Origin: Rhynchopus sp. YZ270_cl-10
Taxonomy: Eukaryota
NCBI GenBank assembly: GCA_964035575.1
Contig: OZ037834.1
Coordinates: forward strand, 1,922,001-1,986,000
Reading direction: 5' to 3'
DNA length: 64,000 nt
The position numbers and the translations under genes were made by a program. Every line of letters starts with the position of its first letter. The stretch's first letter is position 1. The notes beneath the pieces were generated by a model, which saw nothing but the letters and a program-made list of their open reading frames with translations, made no database searches and had not been told where the DNA came from. Of this stretch, positions 1 to 10,984 are shown piece after piece.

Positions 1-589
1 GATACTTCTCCAGCAACGTGCGCAGCAACAGCAACAACAACAACAGGCTGCACTCCAGCAACAACAACAACAACAGGCCGCGCAACAAGCTGCCCAGACA
101 GCAGCGCAACAACAACACCAAGCTGCCTTGCAACAACAGCAACAGGCACACGCCCAAGCGGCCCAGCAAGCTGCAGGGCAACAAGCTGCCCAGGCGGCAG
201 CACAACAGCAACAGCAACAGCAAGCTGCCTTGCAACAACAACAACAACAACAACAAGCCGCCCAGGTTGCAGCCCAGCAAGCGACCCAACAGCAGCAGCT
301 CCTCCAGCAGCAGATGCAGCAAATGCAGGTACAGCCCACAGCAGTGCCGCTCACCATGCAGCCCGCAGCACACCCACACTACCCACACCCCCCGCTCGGC
401 AACGTCGCCCCCGCACCTCTCCACGCGTCGCCTGTGGCCGCCGTGCCTGCAATGTGGCCCACAGCAGAGCAGCCACCACCGCCACCACCGCCACCACAGG
501 AGGCACTGTTCCACATGGACCCGAACCAGCCACCACCTCCACCGCCACCACCACCGGCAGAAGCACCAGACATGCTGCACTTCTCCTAG
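1..589 (+). CDS. 3' part of a Gln/Ala-rich, Pro-rich low-complexity protein (5' end outside the window)
   Basis: Frame open from position 2 (ILLQQRAQQQ...) to TAG at 587-589. CAA/CAG polyQ followed by polyP; composition becomes AT-rich after the stop. Confidence 0.75.
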   Translation, partial: ILLQQRAQQQQQQQQAALQQQQQQQAAQQAAQTAAQQQHQAALQQQQQAHAQAAQQAAGQQAAQAAAQQQQQQQAALQQQQQQQQAAQVAAQQATQQQQLLQQQMQQMQVQPTAVPLTMQPAAHPHYPHPPLGNVAPAPLHASPVAAVPAMWPTAEQPPPPPPPPQEALFHMDPNQPPPPPPPPPAEAPDMLHFS

Positions 590-1000
590 ATGACACTTCT
601 TCGCCTATCCCAGAAGGTTCTGTTTCGCTCAAGAGGAGCCTTGTAGAAGGGTACCAAAGTGAGGCTTAGGGTTCATCAACAAAAATATTTTTCGCTCACC
701 ACACGTCTTTACTTTATTCTTAAGGCGCAAGAAGGCTGTGTTTTCATTTGCCATTTTTATGTTTCGTTTGGACCAGTGTATAACGTTGGCGTGATGTCAA
801 ACGTTTTTTTTTATAGTAGTATGCCAAAGGGTTTCCTCAAATATAAAAAAACCCCATTTGGAGGCATTTCTAGTGTAGTGACCGATTCGAAAAAAGAAAA
901 AAAAAATTCTTCAAATTTTTGTCTTTCTCCCCCTTTCACTGTAAACTATTCTAAAGACCTTTTTTATTCTCCGGGGGGTTCGATAACCCTGCGGAGTGTC

Positions 1001-1032
1001 AGTGCCTGCGTCTCTCAGAGGGCGTTTGCACT
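1001..1032 (+). repeat. Dispersed intergenic hairpin family A, AGTGCCTGCGTC-(variable)-GGCGTTTGCACT (representative copy)
   Basis: Copies at about 1001, 7329, 10194, 15519, 15812, 17935, 18350, 23519, 42562 and 56810, all on +. Half copies at about 6829 and 15194. Confidence 0.85.
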
Positions 1033-1255
1033 ATCAACTTCACTTTATTCTCTTTTCTAGCTATGCCAAAAAAAAACCCCCCACCCCCATTACCCCTTTC
1101 TTGCGGGAGAGAAAACAATATATTTGGGCGAGTTTTCCTTCTTTTAAAACGCTTTTTTGTTTTGTTTTGTGTAAAGGTGACTCCCGAGTGAGAGTCTTTT
1201 TGATTTGACAGATCTTTCCTACCCCGTTTTCTTTCTCTGTTAGAGCGGAGTGCTT

Positions 1256-1312
1256 TGTGCTTTCATCCAAATGGCTGGCAGCGTACTGTGGGTCAGTCGG
1301 AGGTGCCTGCAT
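1256..1312 (+). repeat. Dispersed intergenic hairpin family C, TGTGYTTTCATCY..GGCTRG..TCRGTCRGAKGTG (representative copy)
   Basis: Copies at about 1256, 2855, 17856 and 23433. Confidence 0.8.
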
Positions 1313-2253
1313 CAACTACAGTTTTCTTGCTCTGTTATGTTTTTTATTGCGTGCCTTTCAATTGGCTTCTCTGAATGGAGGCATTGGGGGGGAAAAAGGG
1401 GTTGTTTTTTGAGTAGGAAAAGGTAGACAGTCGTAGCTTTAACACTATCCCCCCCACACACACATACACTGTTCGTTCTGCAAATTTTTGTACAAAAAAA
1501 AGTGAAAGTGGAGAGTTTGCACCACTGTGGCAACACAAAACCCGAGGGCAACTACACTACATCCAACAATTTAGCGGGGAAAATAAATATTGTTTTTTTT
1601 GTCGAAGGTTTGTTTTCCCCAGGTTTTTTTTTTTTTTTTTTGAAAATTTATTGAAGTTTTTTGGTTGTTTTTTAGTATAGAACACTAGAGTATGTGCTCC
1701 ACTACAACACCCTTCAGGTACACTGTCAACGCGAGGGCTTTGTATTTCAAGATACCTCCTCTTTACCTTCTTTTCGTTTAGAAAAGAAAGTATATGAAAT
1801 AAGATGCCCCCCTTTTTTTCTTTGAGGTGACCAAGAATGAGAGGCTCGAGGTTCATCTTACCAACCTTAGCAATGAAAAAAACAACTTTACTTTTGTGCC
1901 GAACTTTTCGGTTTTGAAAGACTCGCTGGAAACACCACAAAAAAGGGCAAAAACTTCAAAAAACGGGGAAGGACAAAAAAAAAAAAACCAAGGTCGACCG
2001 ACGTCGATGAGATATTAAATCTAAAAGGCACGTCAAAATCAGAGAAGGGGGGGGTTTTTTTGTGGGGTATTCCTGGTGCTACCCTTCCTTTCTCTACCCC
2101 ACCATTGGCCTGCGCATCCCCACCGTCTTAGAAAAGATGGCGATTGCTTTAAACATACATAACATGCGAGCAACGTATTCGCATTTTGTTCGCATTGTTC
2201 TTCGCGAATTTTTTTTTTTTTTTTTGGGAGTTTTTTTTTTTTTTTTTGAAATA

Positions 2254-2492
2254 CCGACCCTCCCCCGTGAAATTGTCCCCCCCTCCGACCCCCTTGAAAT
2301 TGTCCCCCCTGGGGGAAAAAGTGAGGGGGGACAATTTCTCGTACTGTAGGGGAGTGGCCGTTTTAGTGTGAAGAAGGGAGAGCAAAGGTTGTCCCTGCGA
2401 CTCCCTTGAAATTGTCCCCCCCTGCCTTGAAATTGTCCGTCGGGGCAAAATACCGGTTTTTGGGGGGGGACAATTTCACGGGGGAGGGTCGG
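2254..2492. mobile_element. MITE with ~29-bp TIRs and TA target duplication (Tc1/mariner/pogo-type)
   Basis: TA|CCGACCCTCCCCCGTGAAATTGTCCCCCC ... GGGGGGACAATTTCACGGGGGAGGGTCGG|TA. Extra internal copies of GAAATTGTCC at about 2296, 2408 and 2429, and inverted at about 2325. Confidence 0.85.
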
Positions 2493-3009
2493 TACGAAAT
2501 AATGCGAAGTTGTTAGTCGTGCTATGTATGTTTAAGGGAAACTACACTATTCCAACATTTTCTTCAAGAACAGAAAAGAAGAAGAAGAAAAAAGAAAAAC
2601 CTGCAAAGCATAAAATGCAAACACATTCCCAAGAGAACCCAGATCCTCCCTTTGTTTCCCCTCCATTTATCTTTTCTTTTAGGGCGCAAACACTGCTTAT
2701 GCGAGGCAAAAAAGTTGTCAATAAAGTTCCTAAATTTGCTCCCTGCGTGTATCGTGTTTTGAAAGGGAATAGAGGTGCGGTTTTAGGAAAGGAACCGAGC
2801 GGGTTTTCATGCCGTTAAGCTTTTTAGTGGTATTGTGCACGAGAGACGATCATATGTGCTTTCATCCGGGGCTGGTATCGTATCTGGGTCGGTCGGAGGT
2901 GCCTGTATCAGCATTTTCTTTCCCCCTACCCCTACCCATCCCGCTCCCCAAGCCTGAGGACACCGCTCCCACTTCTACATTCCACAGATTATTCACACAT
3001 TTCTTCACA

Positions 3010-4374
3010 ATGCTTGCATCAGTGTTGGTCCCCATGCTGACTGTGCAGAGCATCTGCTCGGACAACAGGGTCGCAGGCACGGCGTTCCCACTCATAGCGA
3101 CGTACCACACAACCGATGCGAGTGGGGTGATCCGTGATTTGCTCCCAACCGCTGACGGGGATACATGCTGGAGCACGCACTGTGTTGGTACACTGGACAT
3201 ACGCTACCAACTCTCCTTTGAAGGCGAATTTGTGGTGCAGAGTGGTGGTCACGACCTGCTGCGGGTCACCGGGATGGGAGGATCCGCTTCCAGATTCCAG
3301 ACAAACGGCGATGTTGCCGTGACGGCACACATTACCAGCTCATCCAGCGCCGCATTGCGAATGAATAGGGCGCTGTTTACGTTTGCCTGCAATCAAGAGT
3401 TGCCAGAATTTCCGTACGAAGTTATCAGCGCCGGTACCATCCAGCACAGTGCCTCTGGAGCAGCCGAACTGCAGTGGAACCCAGGATGCCAGCACGAGGT
3501 TAAGATAGACTGGGACTTTGCCAGACTCGGCTCTGGTGGCTCCGTCACCCTGAAGGAAGTGGTGTGGTCAGGGGACACGATCTTGAAAGAGGTGACTGGC
3601 ACCGCCAGTGGCTCCTCCAAGCCCGCGACTGCGTCCTACCCTGATGGCACGGTTGTGGTGCTCAAAACCACCTCATCTGGGGGCGACTTCAAGATGGACT
3701 ACAAATGCCTGCCAAAGGAGGACATTGTGGACCCCGTGACACCCACGACGCTGGTGCAGGAGGGTGTGGTGGAGGTCTCGTCTGGCACGGAGGAGCACCT
3801 TGTGTGGTCACTGGTGTGCCACTCTGCGAGCGACGTCATTGTCTTCGACTGGGGGAGGTACCCGGCGCAAATGGTCTCAAATGTTACGTTCAGTCTGGCC
3901 GGCGACATTGTGATGCACACGGCGTACAAGTCCTACCCGTACCCTTCCACCTTTGGGGCTGGGTCCATTGAGGTGCACTGGAGGAACACCCAGGGGATGC
4001 CGCACTATCCGTCCATGTCCACGAGCCCATCCAGCAGCCCTGTGCCGTACACCCAGGACGTTGATGGGTACGGGTTTGCCTTCGGCTTCAAATGCAGCGA
4101 CCCCACAGACCCGAACGTCCCCCCGCCCGGCCAAGTACCCCGGCCCAACTACGGCTCAAGTGGTGACGGTGACGATGACGACTCCGGCAGCGGAGGCAGC
4201 TCGATGTCCCTCCCGCTCATCATCGGCCTTGCAGGTGGGGGTTTCGTTCTCCTCATCATCATCATCGTTGTTGTCACCTGCTGCGTCTATCATCACAGAA
4301 AGCCAAGCAAGACTGCCAACCAGAAAACTTCTCCAGACGCAGTACCCGAAGAAGAAGCGCAGGAGATGGCGTGA
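3010..4374 (+). CDS. Type-I membrane protein, paralog 1 (signal peptide, ~3 Cys-bounded beta domains that may be CUB-like, TM helix, short tail), 454 aa
   Basis: ATG at 3010 follows a pyrimidine tract and CAG. Hydrophobic N-terminus MLASVLVPMLTVQS; repeated W-x3-C...F/Y-x-C units; TM LPLIIGLAGGGFVLLIIIIVVV followed by TCC. The ORF is conserved in paralog 2. Confidence 0.85.
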   Translation: MLASVLVPMLTVQSICSDNRVAGTAFPLIATYHTTDASGVIRDLLPTADGDTCWSTHCVGTLDIRYQLSFEGEFVVQSGGHDLLRVTGMGGSASRFQTNGDVAVTAHITSSSSAALRMNRALFTFACNQELPEFPYEVISAGTIQHSASGAAELQWNPGCQHEVKIDWDFARLGSGGSVTLKEVVWSGDTILKEVTGTASGSSKPATASYPDGTVVVLKTTSSGGDFKMDYKCLPKEDIVDPVTPTTLVQEGVVEVSSGTEEHLVWSLVCHSASDVIVFDWGRYPAQMVSNVTFSLAGDIVMHTAYKSYPYPSTFGAGSIEVHWRNTQGMPHYPSMSTSPSSSPVPYTQDVDGYGFAFGFKCSDPTDPNVPPPGQVPRPNYGSSGDGDDDDSGSGGSSMSLPLIIGLAGGGFVLLIIIIVVVTCCVYHHRKPSKTANQKTSPDAVPEEEAQEMA

Positions 4375-4618
4375 AGACAGCGCAATGCTGTTAGGTCCGT
4401 CAAGCCATTACTTTACCCCTTTAAATGCAATACTTATCATCCTTTTCTTTTTTTGAATTGTGTTGCGCGTTATCGTGAACAAATACAACCCCAAAAGGGT
4501 TGACTCAATACACAATTTCCGCACACAATGATAATACAAAAATGCAAGGAGCTCACTATCAACTTCATCTTTTTTTTTTTAGATGCGTGCAATTTTTTTG
4601 GCCTTTTCGGGGCCATTG

Positions 4619-5142
4619 TTTTCAACTTACCTTCCTTCACCCCCCCTGTAAGGGCAACCGTAGGTGAAGTAAGGTATAGTATTGAAATCGATGTGGGGGG
4701 GGAGTAAAGGGTCAATTTTACAAAACCAGATTTTGAAGAAAATTTTAGCTGAAAATGGGCCCCACGTATAAGGAACCGGGCTCATATTTCTCAAAATTTA
4801 AGTGGTCAAAAAATTGTCCAATTTTCGAGATTGACCCCACCACTGCACGGGCGGAGCCCAAAAATGCAAATAAGGACCCTTTTCAACTTACCTTCCTTCA
4901 CCCCCCCTGTAAGGGCAACCGTAGGTGAAGTAAGGTATAGTATTGAAATCGATGTGGGGGGGGAGTAAAGGGTCAATTTTACAAAACCAGATTTTGAAGA
5001 AAATTTTAGCTGAAAATGGGCCCCACGTATAAGGAACCGGGCTCATATTTCTCAAAATTTAAGTGGTCAAAAAATTGTCCAATTTTCGAGATTGACCCCA
5101 CCACTGCACGGGCGGAGCCCAAAAATGCAAATAAGGACCCTT
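4619..5142. repeat. Tandem duplication, 2 x 261 bp
   Basis: TTCAACTTACCTTCCTTCACC begins at 4621 and again at 4882; the two copies appear identical by eye. Confidence 0.9.
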
Positions 5143-5251
5143 TTTAATTTGTTCTCTTGAAATGTATAATTTCATGTTTTCGCGAAAAAAATAACAACTG
5201 ATCCCTACAAGGGTTGAAGGAAGGTGGTTGAAAACAACAATAACAACAAGG

Positions 5252-7050
5252 ACAAGTAATTGCTAAGAAAAAACGGGGTGTGCTGTGGAAAACTCCGCGC
5301 GATTTTCGAAACCACCGTAGCATCCTGGCGATTTGCTGGTGGTGCTGATGCGCCTGGTGTGATCGATGTGTTGTAGTCTGTGCATTCTGTGTTCCTTCCG
5401 CACTGCTCCAACGACGACGACAATGTGGGGAGCCTGTGGACAAAAACGAGCTGGAACACGCCGAGCCTGCCGAGCCGACGTCCAACAACGCTATCGAGCA
5501 GATGGTGCTGGACGAAGAGGACAGCCCCCCCTTCTAGAACGTTTCAGATGCAGGCGTCCAGTGGGTCTGGCAGCGTACGAAGAGCGTTAGCATACCTGCA
5601 GAAGAGCAGAATGCTGGGCGTGTTGTAGATTATTTCTACAGGATGGAGTTCCACATCACACCCCGTTTTTTTTCCGATAGCAATTACTATACATAGCGCT
5701 CTAATTAGACTCCAACTAGATAATTAGAGTCGGCAGTTAGAGTATAATTAGAGTCTTTAAAACTCTAACTGAACTCTAATACTCTAACTGGACTCTAATT
5801 AGACTCTAATTAGAGTCTTATAATAGGGTCAATAAGAGGGGCACATCAACCAATGCTATAGCCATAAACCCAGGGAGCATAGCCAGTGCAAGAAATTCGA
5901 TTTTGTAATCCAGAACGTCTGTTTTCTGCTTGCAGAGGACTAGATACAAGAAAATATTGTTTGTTCCCCCAGAAAACCAGTGCACAATTCACACTGGTCT
6001 TGTTGCCTTTTTAGCACAGGAATTTTGGCCCAGGGCATGATCACTTGAAGCATGGCACTTTAGTGTGCATGGGGTAGGGTGTTGTTTGTTATGAATTCTC
6101 TTTGTTATAACATCTAAGTCAATCGCGGGTGGTGGTTTAGCGCGAGGCTTGGATCTCTCCTGGGTTCATAAGTAGTTATTTCTGCGGATGAAATGAACGT
6201 ATACTCATAGATTTCCCGTCGACACAACCTTTGATACTGGGATTATCCCCTTCGACCCCTTAGTGGTAGTTAAACTCGATTGACATTTACATTCCTAGAG
6301 ATGAAAGAACAAGACAACACTTCTGTACCCGCGCATCAAAATTGTGGAAAACTTTGCACCCCAAACATCCTCAATAACGCCCGCCAAAAGGCGCCCCTTG
6401 TTACTGGGAGTTGGTTCTCATGTTTGTTACCTGCACAGCAGGAATTCCTCTGAGTCCAACGCTGTTTGGCCTGTCTGCGGCATTGCACCCGAAGGTGCAC
6501 GAAGAGTTTTTGCGGTGTCGCATTCCCTCATGTGTGGGTCACTCACACTTGAGGGCATGTGCCACTGCGGGTCCGGGTACCCATAGCTGAGAATAAGCCG
6601 GGTCCCGAGTCCCGGGTACTAGGTACAGTAGGACTTGGACTAGGCCCCCACCCTCCCGCGACCGGGTCCCCGACCCGCTTTCAGGCGGACCCACAGCGCC
6701 TTCACATAGTTGTGTCCCAGTCCGGCTGAGAATAACCGGGTCCCGGGTCCCCAAGTCTTATTCTCAGCTATGTGGGCACCTGGACACCTGGGTCCTACAG
6801 AGGAACCTTAGGGGAACCAGTTCCTTAAGGCGTTTGCACCTACAAGAAGCCTGTTGTTTTACTCTAATTAGACTATAATTAGAGTGTAGTTAGAGTCTAA
6901 TTATGCTCTAACTGCGCTCTAATTATAGTCTAATTGAAGAAAAGCGACTCTAATTATACTCTAACTGGACTCTAACTGACTTGACCCAAAATCCCAGACT
7001 CTAATTATACCCTAACACTCTAATTGGAGCGCTATGTATAAATTACTTGT
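5252..7050. mobile_element. Non-autonomous TIR element W (~45-bp imperfect TIRs); its right TIR is interrupted by element X
   Basis: Left ACAAGTAATTGCTAAGAAAAAACGGGGTGTGCTGTGGAAAACTCC matches the reverse complement of GGAGTTCCACATCACACCCCGTTTTTTTTCCGATAGCAATTAC (5645-5687) plus TTGT (7047-7050). Confidence 0.7.
5688..7040. mobile_element. Non-autonomous TIR element X with many subterminal CTCTAA(T/C)T repeats
   Basis: TIR TATACATAGCGCTCTAATTAGA / TCTAATTGGAGCGCTATGTATA. AATTAC is directly repeated at 5682-5687 and 7041-7046. The element is absent from the paralogous flank near 9845. Confidence 0.85.
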
Positions 7051-7827
7051 TTTTTTTTTCCTTTTTTTTATTTTGGCAGCCAGCTGAGGCTGGGGGTATA
7101 AAGAGGTCTTGATGTTTCGCCGAACGGGTGTAAACTGCCTCCGTTCTGTGAACCGCCTCCGTTGCGGTACGGGCCACTCACGTCCCACCTTTTGCATGCG
7201 CGCTACCGAGCTGCGTTTTAGCACGTTTCAACTACGTTTTTTCTTTTCTTTTCCCCACAAAGTTCATCTTTCATTCAGTTCTTATGGCAGTACAGTAGAG
7301 TCTTGCTGATATTGTCCATCTTTTTAGCAGTGCCCTGTGTCCGCCGCTGTACGGTGAGGCGTTTGCACTGTCAACTTCTCGTTTTGTTTTGTGCACCTCC
7401 GGCGGCACTGAGTCGTCGTTTGCACTAACGACCCCTTTTTTAAAAAAAAACATTTTTTCCCCCCCATACCTTCTGTGTTGCCAAACATACCTGGCAAAAG
7501 ATTTTTTGTGCAGCCGTTCTCATAATGGGTCTCTGTTTGCACAAAAAATTTACTCACATCAGAGTCGCAGCAAAAAATAGGTATTTCCCAGACTAACTTG
7601 CTGAAGCGAGTTAATTTGAAAAAAAAGATCCACACAAAGTGGATGGGGGTTGCCAATTGCTTTCCGAAAGGCAACCCTCTACTTCCGACAATACGGGCGA
7701 AATAGTAAAAAGGAAGAAACAACAAAGATACCCACAGCTTTACCCATACACACACACCTTAGGCTACACTCCTATACTCCGTTCAGGCGGGACCCACTCT
7801 AAATACGCTATCAAACACGCACACCTT

Positions 7828-8101
7828 GGGACCGGATTAGAACTCATCGGTTAGGTGATTCGCATCAACGCGCGCTGTGGCAGATATACACCTCGGAGAC
7901 AGTGGAGGAGGCGCGTGGGGTGTTTCGGGGTGCAAAGGAGGAGGGGAGGAGGAGCGAAAATGAGCGGCTAGCTTCTGCAGTGTGCGATGTGTGTCTGAGG
8001 TTGGGCGAAGCGGGGGTGGCGTTGGACGTTCTGGTGGAGGTGGGTGAGGCAGGGGGGAAGGAGGGCAGGCTGCGCAACAGAAGCACCCTTTTCGACGTCT
8101 T
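7828..8101 (+). pseudogene. Internal fragment of the 10985-12166 gene, left by segmental duplication
   Basis: Near-identical to about 11601-11873 (RLGDSHQRALWQIY...RNRSTLF). Lacks both the start and the 3' end. Confidence 0.85.
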
Positions 8102-8214
8102 GCATCAATAACTTCATATTTTCTTTCCCCCCACCCCTACCCATCCCGCTCCCCAAGCCTGAGGACACCGCTCCCACTTCTACATTCCACAGATTATTCA
8201 CACATTTCTTCACA

Positions 8215-9600
8215 ATGCTTGCATCAGTGTTGGTCCCCATGCTGACTGTGCAGAGCATCTGCTCGGACAACAGGGTCGCAGGCACGGCGTTCCCACTCAT
8301 AGCGACGTACCACACAACCGATGCGAGTGGGGTGATCCGTGATTTGCTCCCAACCGCTGACGGGGATACATGCTGGAGCACGCACTGTGTTGGTACACTG
8401 TCTATGCGCTACCAAGTCGCCTTTCAAGGCGAATTTGTGGTGCAAAGTGGTGGTCACGACCTGCTGCGGGTCAACGGGATGGGAGGGTCCGTTGCAGGAG
8501 ACGCGTATAGCTTCCAGACAAACGGCGATGTCTCCGTGACGGCACACACGGCCAGCTCATCCAGCGCCGCATTCACAACGAAGAGTGTGCAGTTTACGTT
8601 TGCCTGCAATCAAGAAGAGCCAACGCTTCCGTACGAAGTTCTCAGCGCCAATACCATCCAGCACAGTGCCGCTGGAGCAGCCGAACTGCAGTGGAACCCA
8701 GGATGCCGGCACGAGGTTAAGATAGACTGGGACTTTGCCAGACTCGGCTCTGGTGGCTCCGTCACCCTGAAGGAAGTGGTGTGGTCAGGGGACACGATCT
8801 TGAAAGAGGTGACTGGCACCGCCAGTGGCTCCTCCAAGCCCGCGACTGCGTCCTACCCTGAGGGCACGGTTGTGGTGCTCAAAACCACCTCATCTGGGGG
8901 CGACTTCAAGATGGACTACAAATGCCTGCCAAAGGAGGACATTGTGGACCCCGTGACACCCACGACGCTGGTGCAGGAGGGTGTGGTGGAGGTCTCGTCC
9001 GGCACGGAGGAGCACCTTGCGTGGTCACTGGTGTGCCACTCTGCGAGCGACGTCATTGTCTTCGACTGGGGGAGGTACCCAGAGCAAATGGTCTCAAATG
9101 TTACGTTCAGTCTGGCCGGCGACATTGTGATGCACACGGCGTACAAGTCCTACCCGTACCCTTCCACCTTTGGGGCTGGGTCCATTGAGGTGCACTGGAG
9201 GAACACCCAGGGGATGCCGCACTATCCGTCGATCTCCACGAGCCCATCCAACAGCCCTGTGCCGTACACCCAGGACGTTGATGGGTACGGGTTTGCCTTC
9301 GGCTTCAAATGCAGCGACCCCACAGACCCGAACGTCCCCCCGCCCGGCCACGTCCCCCAGCCTACCTACCCCGGCTCATACGGAAGTGGTGACGGTGACG
9401 ATGACGACTCCGGCAGCGGAGGCAGCTCGATGTCCCTCCCGCTCATCATCGGCCTTGCAGGTGGGGGTTTCGTTCTCCTCATCATCATCATCGTTGTTGT
9501 CACCTGCTGTGTCTATCATCACAGAAAGCCAAGCAAGACTGCCAACCAGAAAACTTCTCCAGACGCAGTACCCGAAGAAGAAGCGCAGGAGATGGCGTGA
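8215..9600 (+). CDS. Type-I membrane protein, paralog 2, 461 aa
   Basis: Same architecture as 3010-4374. ATG at 8215 in an identical context; indels relative to paralog 1 preserve the frame. Confidence 0.85.
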   Translation: MLASVLVPMLTVQSICSDNRVAGTAFPLIATYHTTDASGVIRDLLPTADGDTCWSTHCVGTLSMRYQVAFQGEFVVQSGGHDLLRVNGMGGSVAGDAYSFQTNGDVSVTAHTASSSSAAFTTKSVQFTFACNQEEPTLPYEVLSANTIQHSAAGAAELQWNPGCRHEVKIDWDFARLGSGGSVTLKEVVWSGDTILKEVTGTASGSSKPATASYPEGTVVVLKTTSSGGDFKMDYKCLPKEDIVDPVTPTTLVQEGVVEVSSGTEEHLAWSLVCHSASDVIVFDWGRYPEQMVSNVTFSLAGDIVMHTAYKSYPYPSTFGAGSIEVHWRNTQGMPHYPSISTSPSNSPVPYTQDVDGYGFAFGFKCSDPTDPNVPPPGHVPQPTYPGSYGSGDGDDDDSGSGGSSMSLPLIIGLAGGGFVLLIIIIVVVTCCVYHHRKPSKTANQKTSPDAVPEEEAQEMA

Positions 9601-10058
9601 AGACAGCGCAATGCTGTTAGGTCCGTCAAGCCATTACTTTACCCCTTTAAATGCAATACTTATCATCCTTTTCTTTTTTTGAATTGTGTTGCGCGTTATC
9701 GTGAACAAATACAACCCCAAAAGGGTTGACTCAATACACAATTTCCGCACACAATGATAATACAAAAATGCAAGGAGCTCACTATCAACTTCACCTTTTT
9801 TTTAGATGCGTGCAATTTTTTTGGCCTTTTCGGGGCCATTGTTTTATTTTTATTTTTATTTTGGCAGCCAGCTGAGGCTGGGGGTATAAAGAGGTCTTGA
9901 TGTTTCGCCGAACGGGTGTAAACTGCCTCCGTTCTGTGAACCGCCTCCGTTCTCTTGCGGTACGGGCCACTCACGTCCCACTCTTTGCATGCGCACTACC
10001 GAGCTGCGTTTTAGCACGTTTCAACTACGCCCCTCTTTGTCTCTCCATTTTTTTTTAA

Positions 10059-10089
10059 GGTGACTAAGCACGAGAGGCTTAGGGTCATC
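10059..10089 (+). repeat. Dispersed intergenic hairpin family B, GGTGACTAAGC-ACGAGAG-GCTTAGGTTCATC (representative copy)
   Basis: Copies at about 650 (partial), 1826, 10059, 18249, 18586, 24098, 26316, 42632 and 56880. Confidence 0.85.
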
Positions 10090-10984
10090 TTATAAACTTT
10101 TCTTTTCTTTTCTTTTCCCCACAAAGTTCATCTTTTCATTCAGTTCTTATGGCAGTACAGTAGAGTCTTGCTGATACTGTCCATATTTTTAGCAGTGCCC
10201 TGTGTCCGCCGCTGTACGGTGAGGCGTTTGCACTGTCAACTTCTCGTTTTGTTTTGTGCACCTCCGGCGGCACTGAGTCGTCGTTTGCACTAACGACCCC
10301 TTTTTTAAAACATTTCCCCCCCATACCTTCTGTGTTGCCAAACATACCTGGCAAAGATTTTTTGTGCAGCCGTTCTCATAATGGGTCTCTGTTTGCACAA
10401 AAAATTTACTCACATCAGAGTCGCAGCAAAAAATAGGTATTTCCCAGACTAACTTGCTGAAGCGAGTTACTTTTAAAAAAAAGATCCACACAAAGTGGAT
10501 GGGGGTTGCCAATTGCTTTCCGAAAGGCAACCCTCTACTTCCGACAATACGGGCGAAATAGTAAAAAGGAAGAAACAACAAAGATACCCACAGCTTTACC
10601 CATACACACACACCTTAGGCTACACTCCTATACTCCGTTCAGGCGGGACCCACTCTAAATACGCTATCAAACACACACACACACACCTTCTGCGCAAGAA
10701 ATACCCTGTACAAAAAAGTTTTGCCAGCGTATCACACTTGAACCCAGAAGCCATCCCTATTTAGTTATCAAACACACACACACACCCACACCACGTGCCA
10801 CTATCTCTTCACCACCTCCTAAACTCAACATAACAGATGGGGGACACACAACGTTGCACTATGCCCCCATGATACGATACCCCACCCCACCCCACCCCCC
10901 TATTCGGCCATAGTTCGGGTTCCACACACAAACTCTGCACCGTTTAGAGGAACACCTTATATTTCATCCTTTTATTCTTCAAAA

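Noticed and set aside
18..593. Poly-Asn/Ser ORF overlapping the polyQ gene
   Set aside because: Alternative frame of the CAA/CAG repeats; the Q/A/P frame is the plausible one.
1256..1312. Family C read on the minus strand as a hammerhead ribozyme (CTGA...GAAA)
   Set aside because: The CUGAnGA core is incomplete and the G-U pairs favour folding on the + strand.
8044..8214. Apparent N-terminal extension or fusion of the pseudogene fragment with paralog 2
   Set aside because: Non-ATG start, a different frame from the donor gene, and it crosses the pyrimidine tract; a chance open frame.
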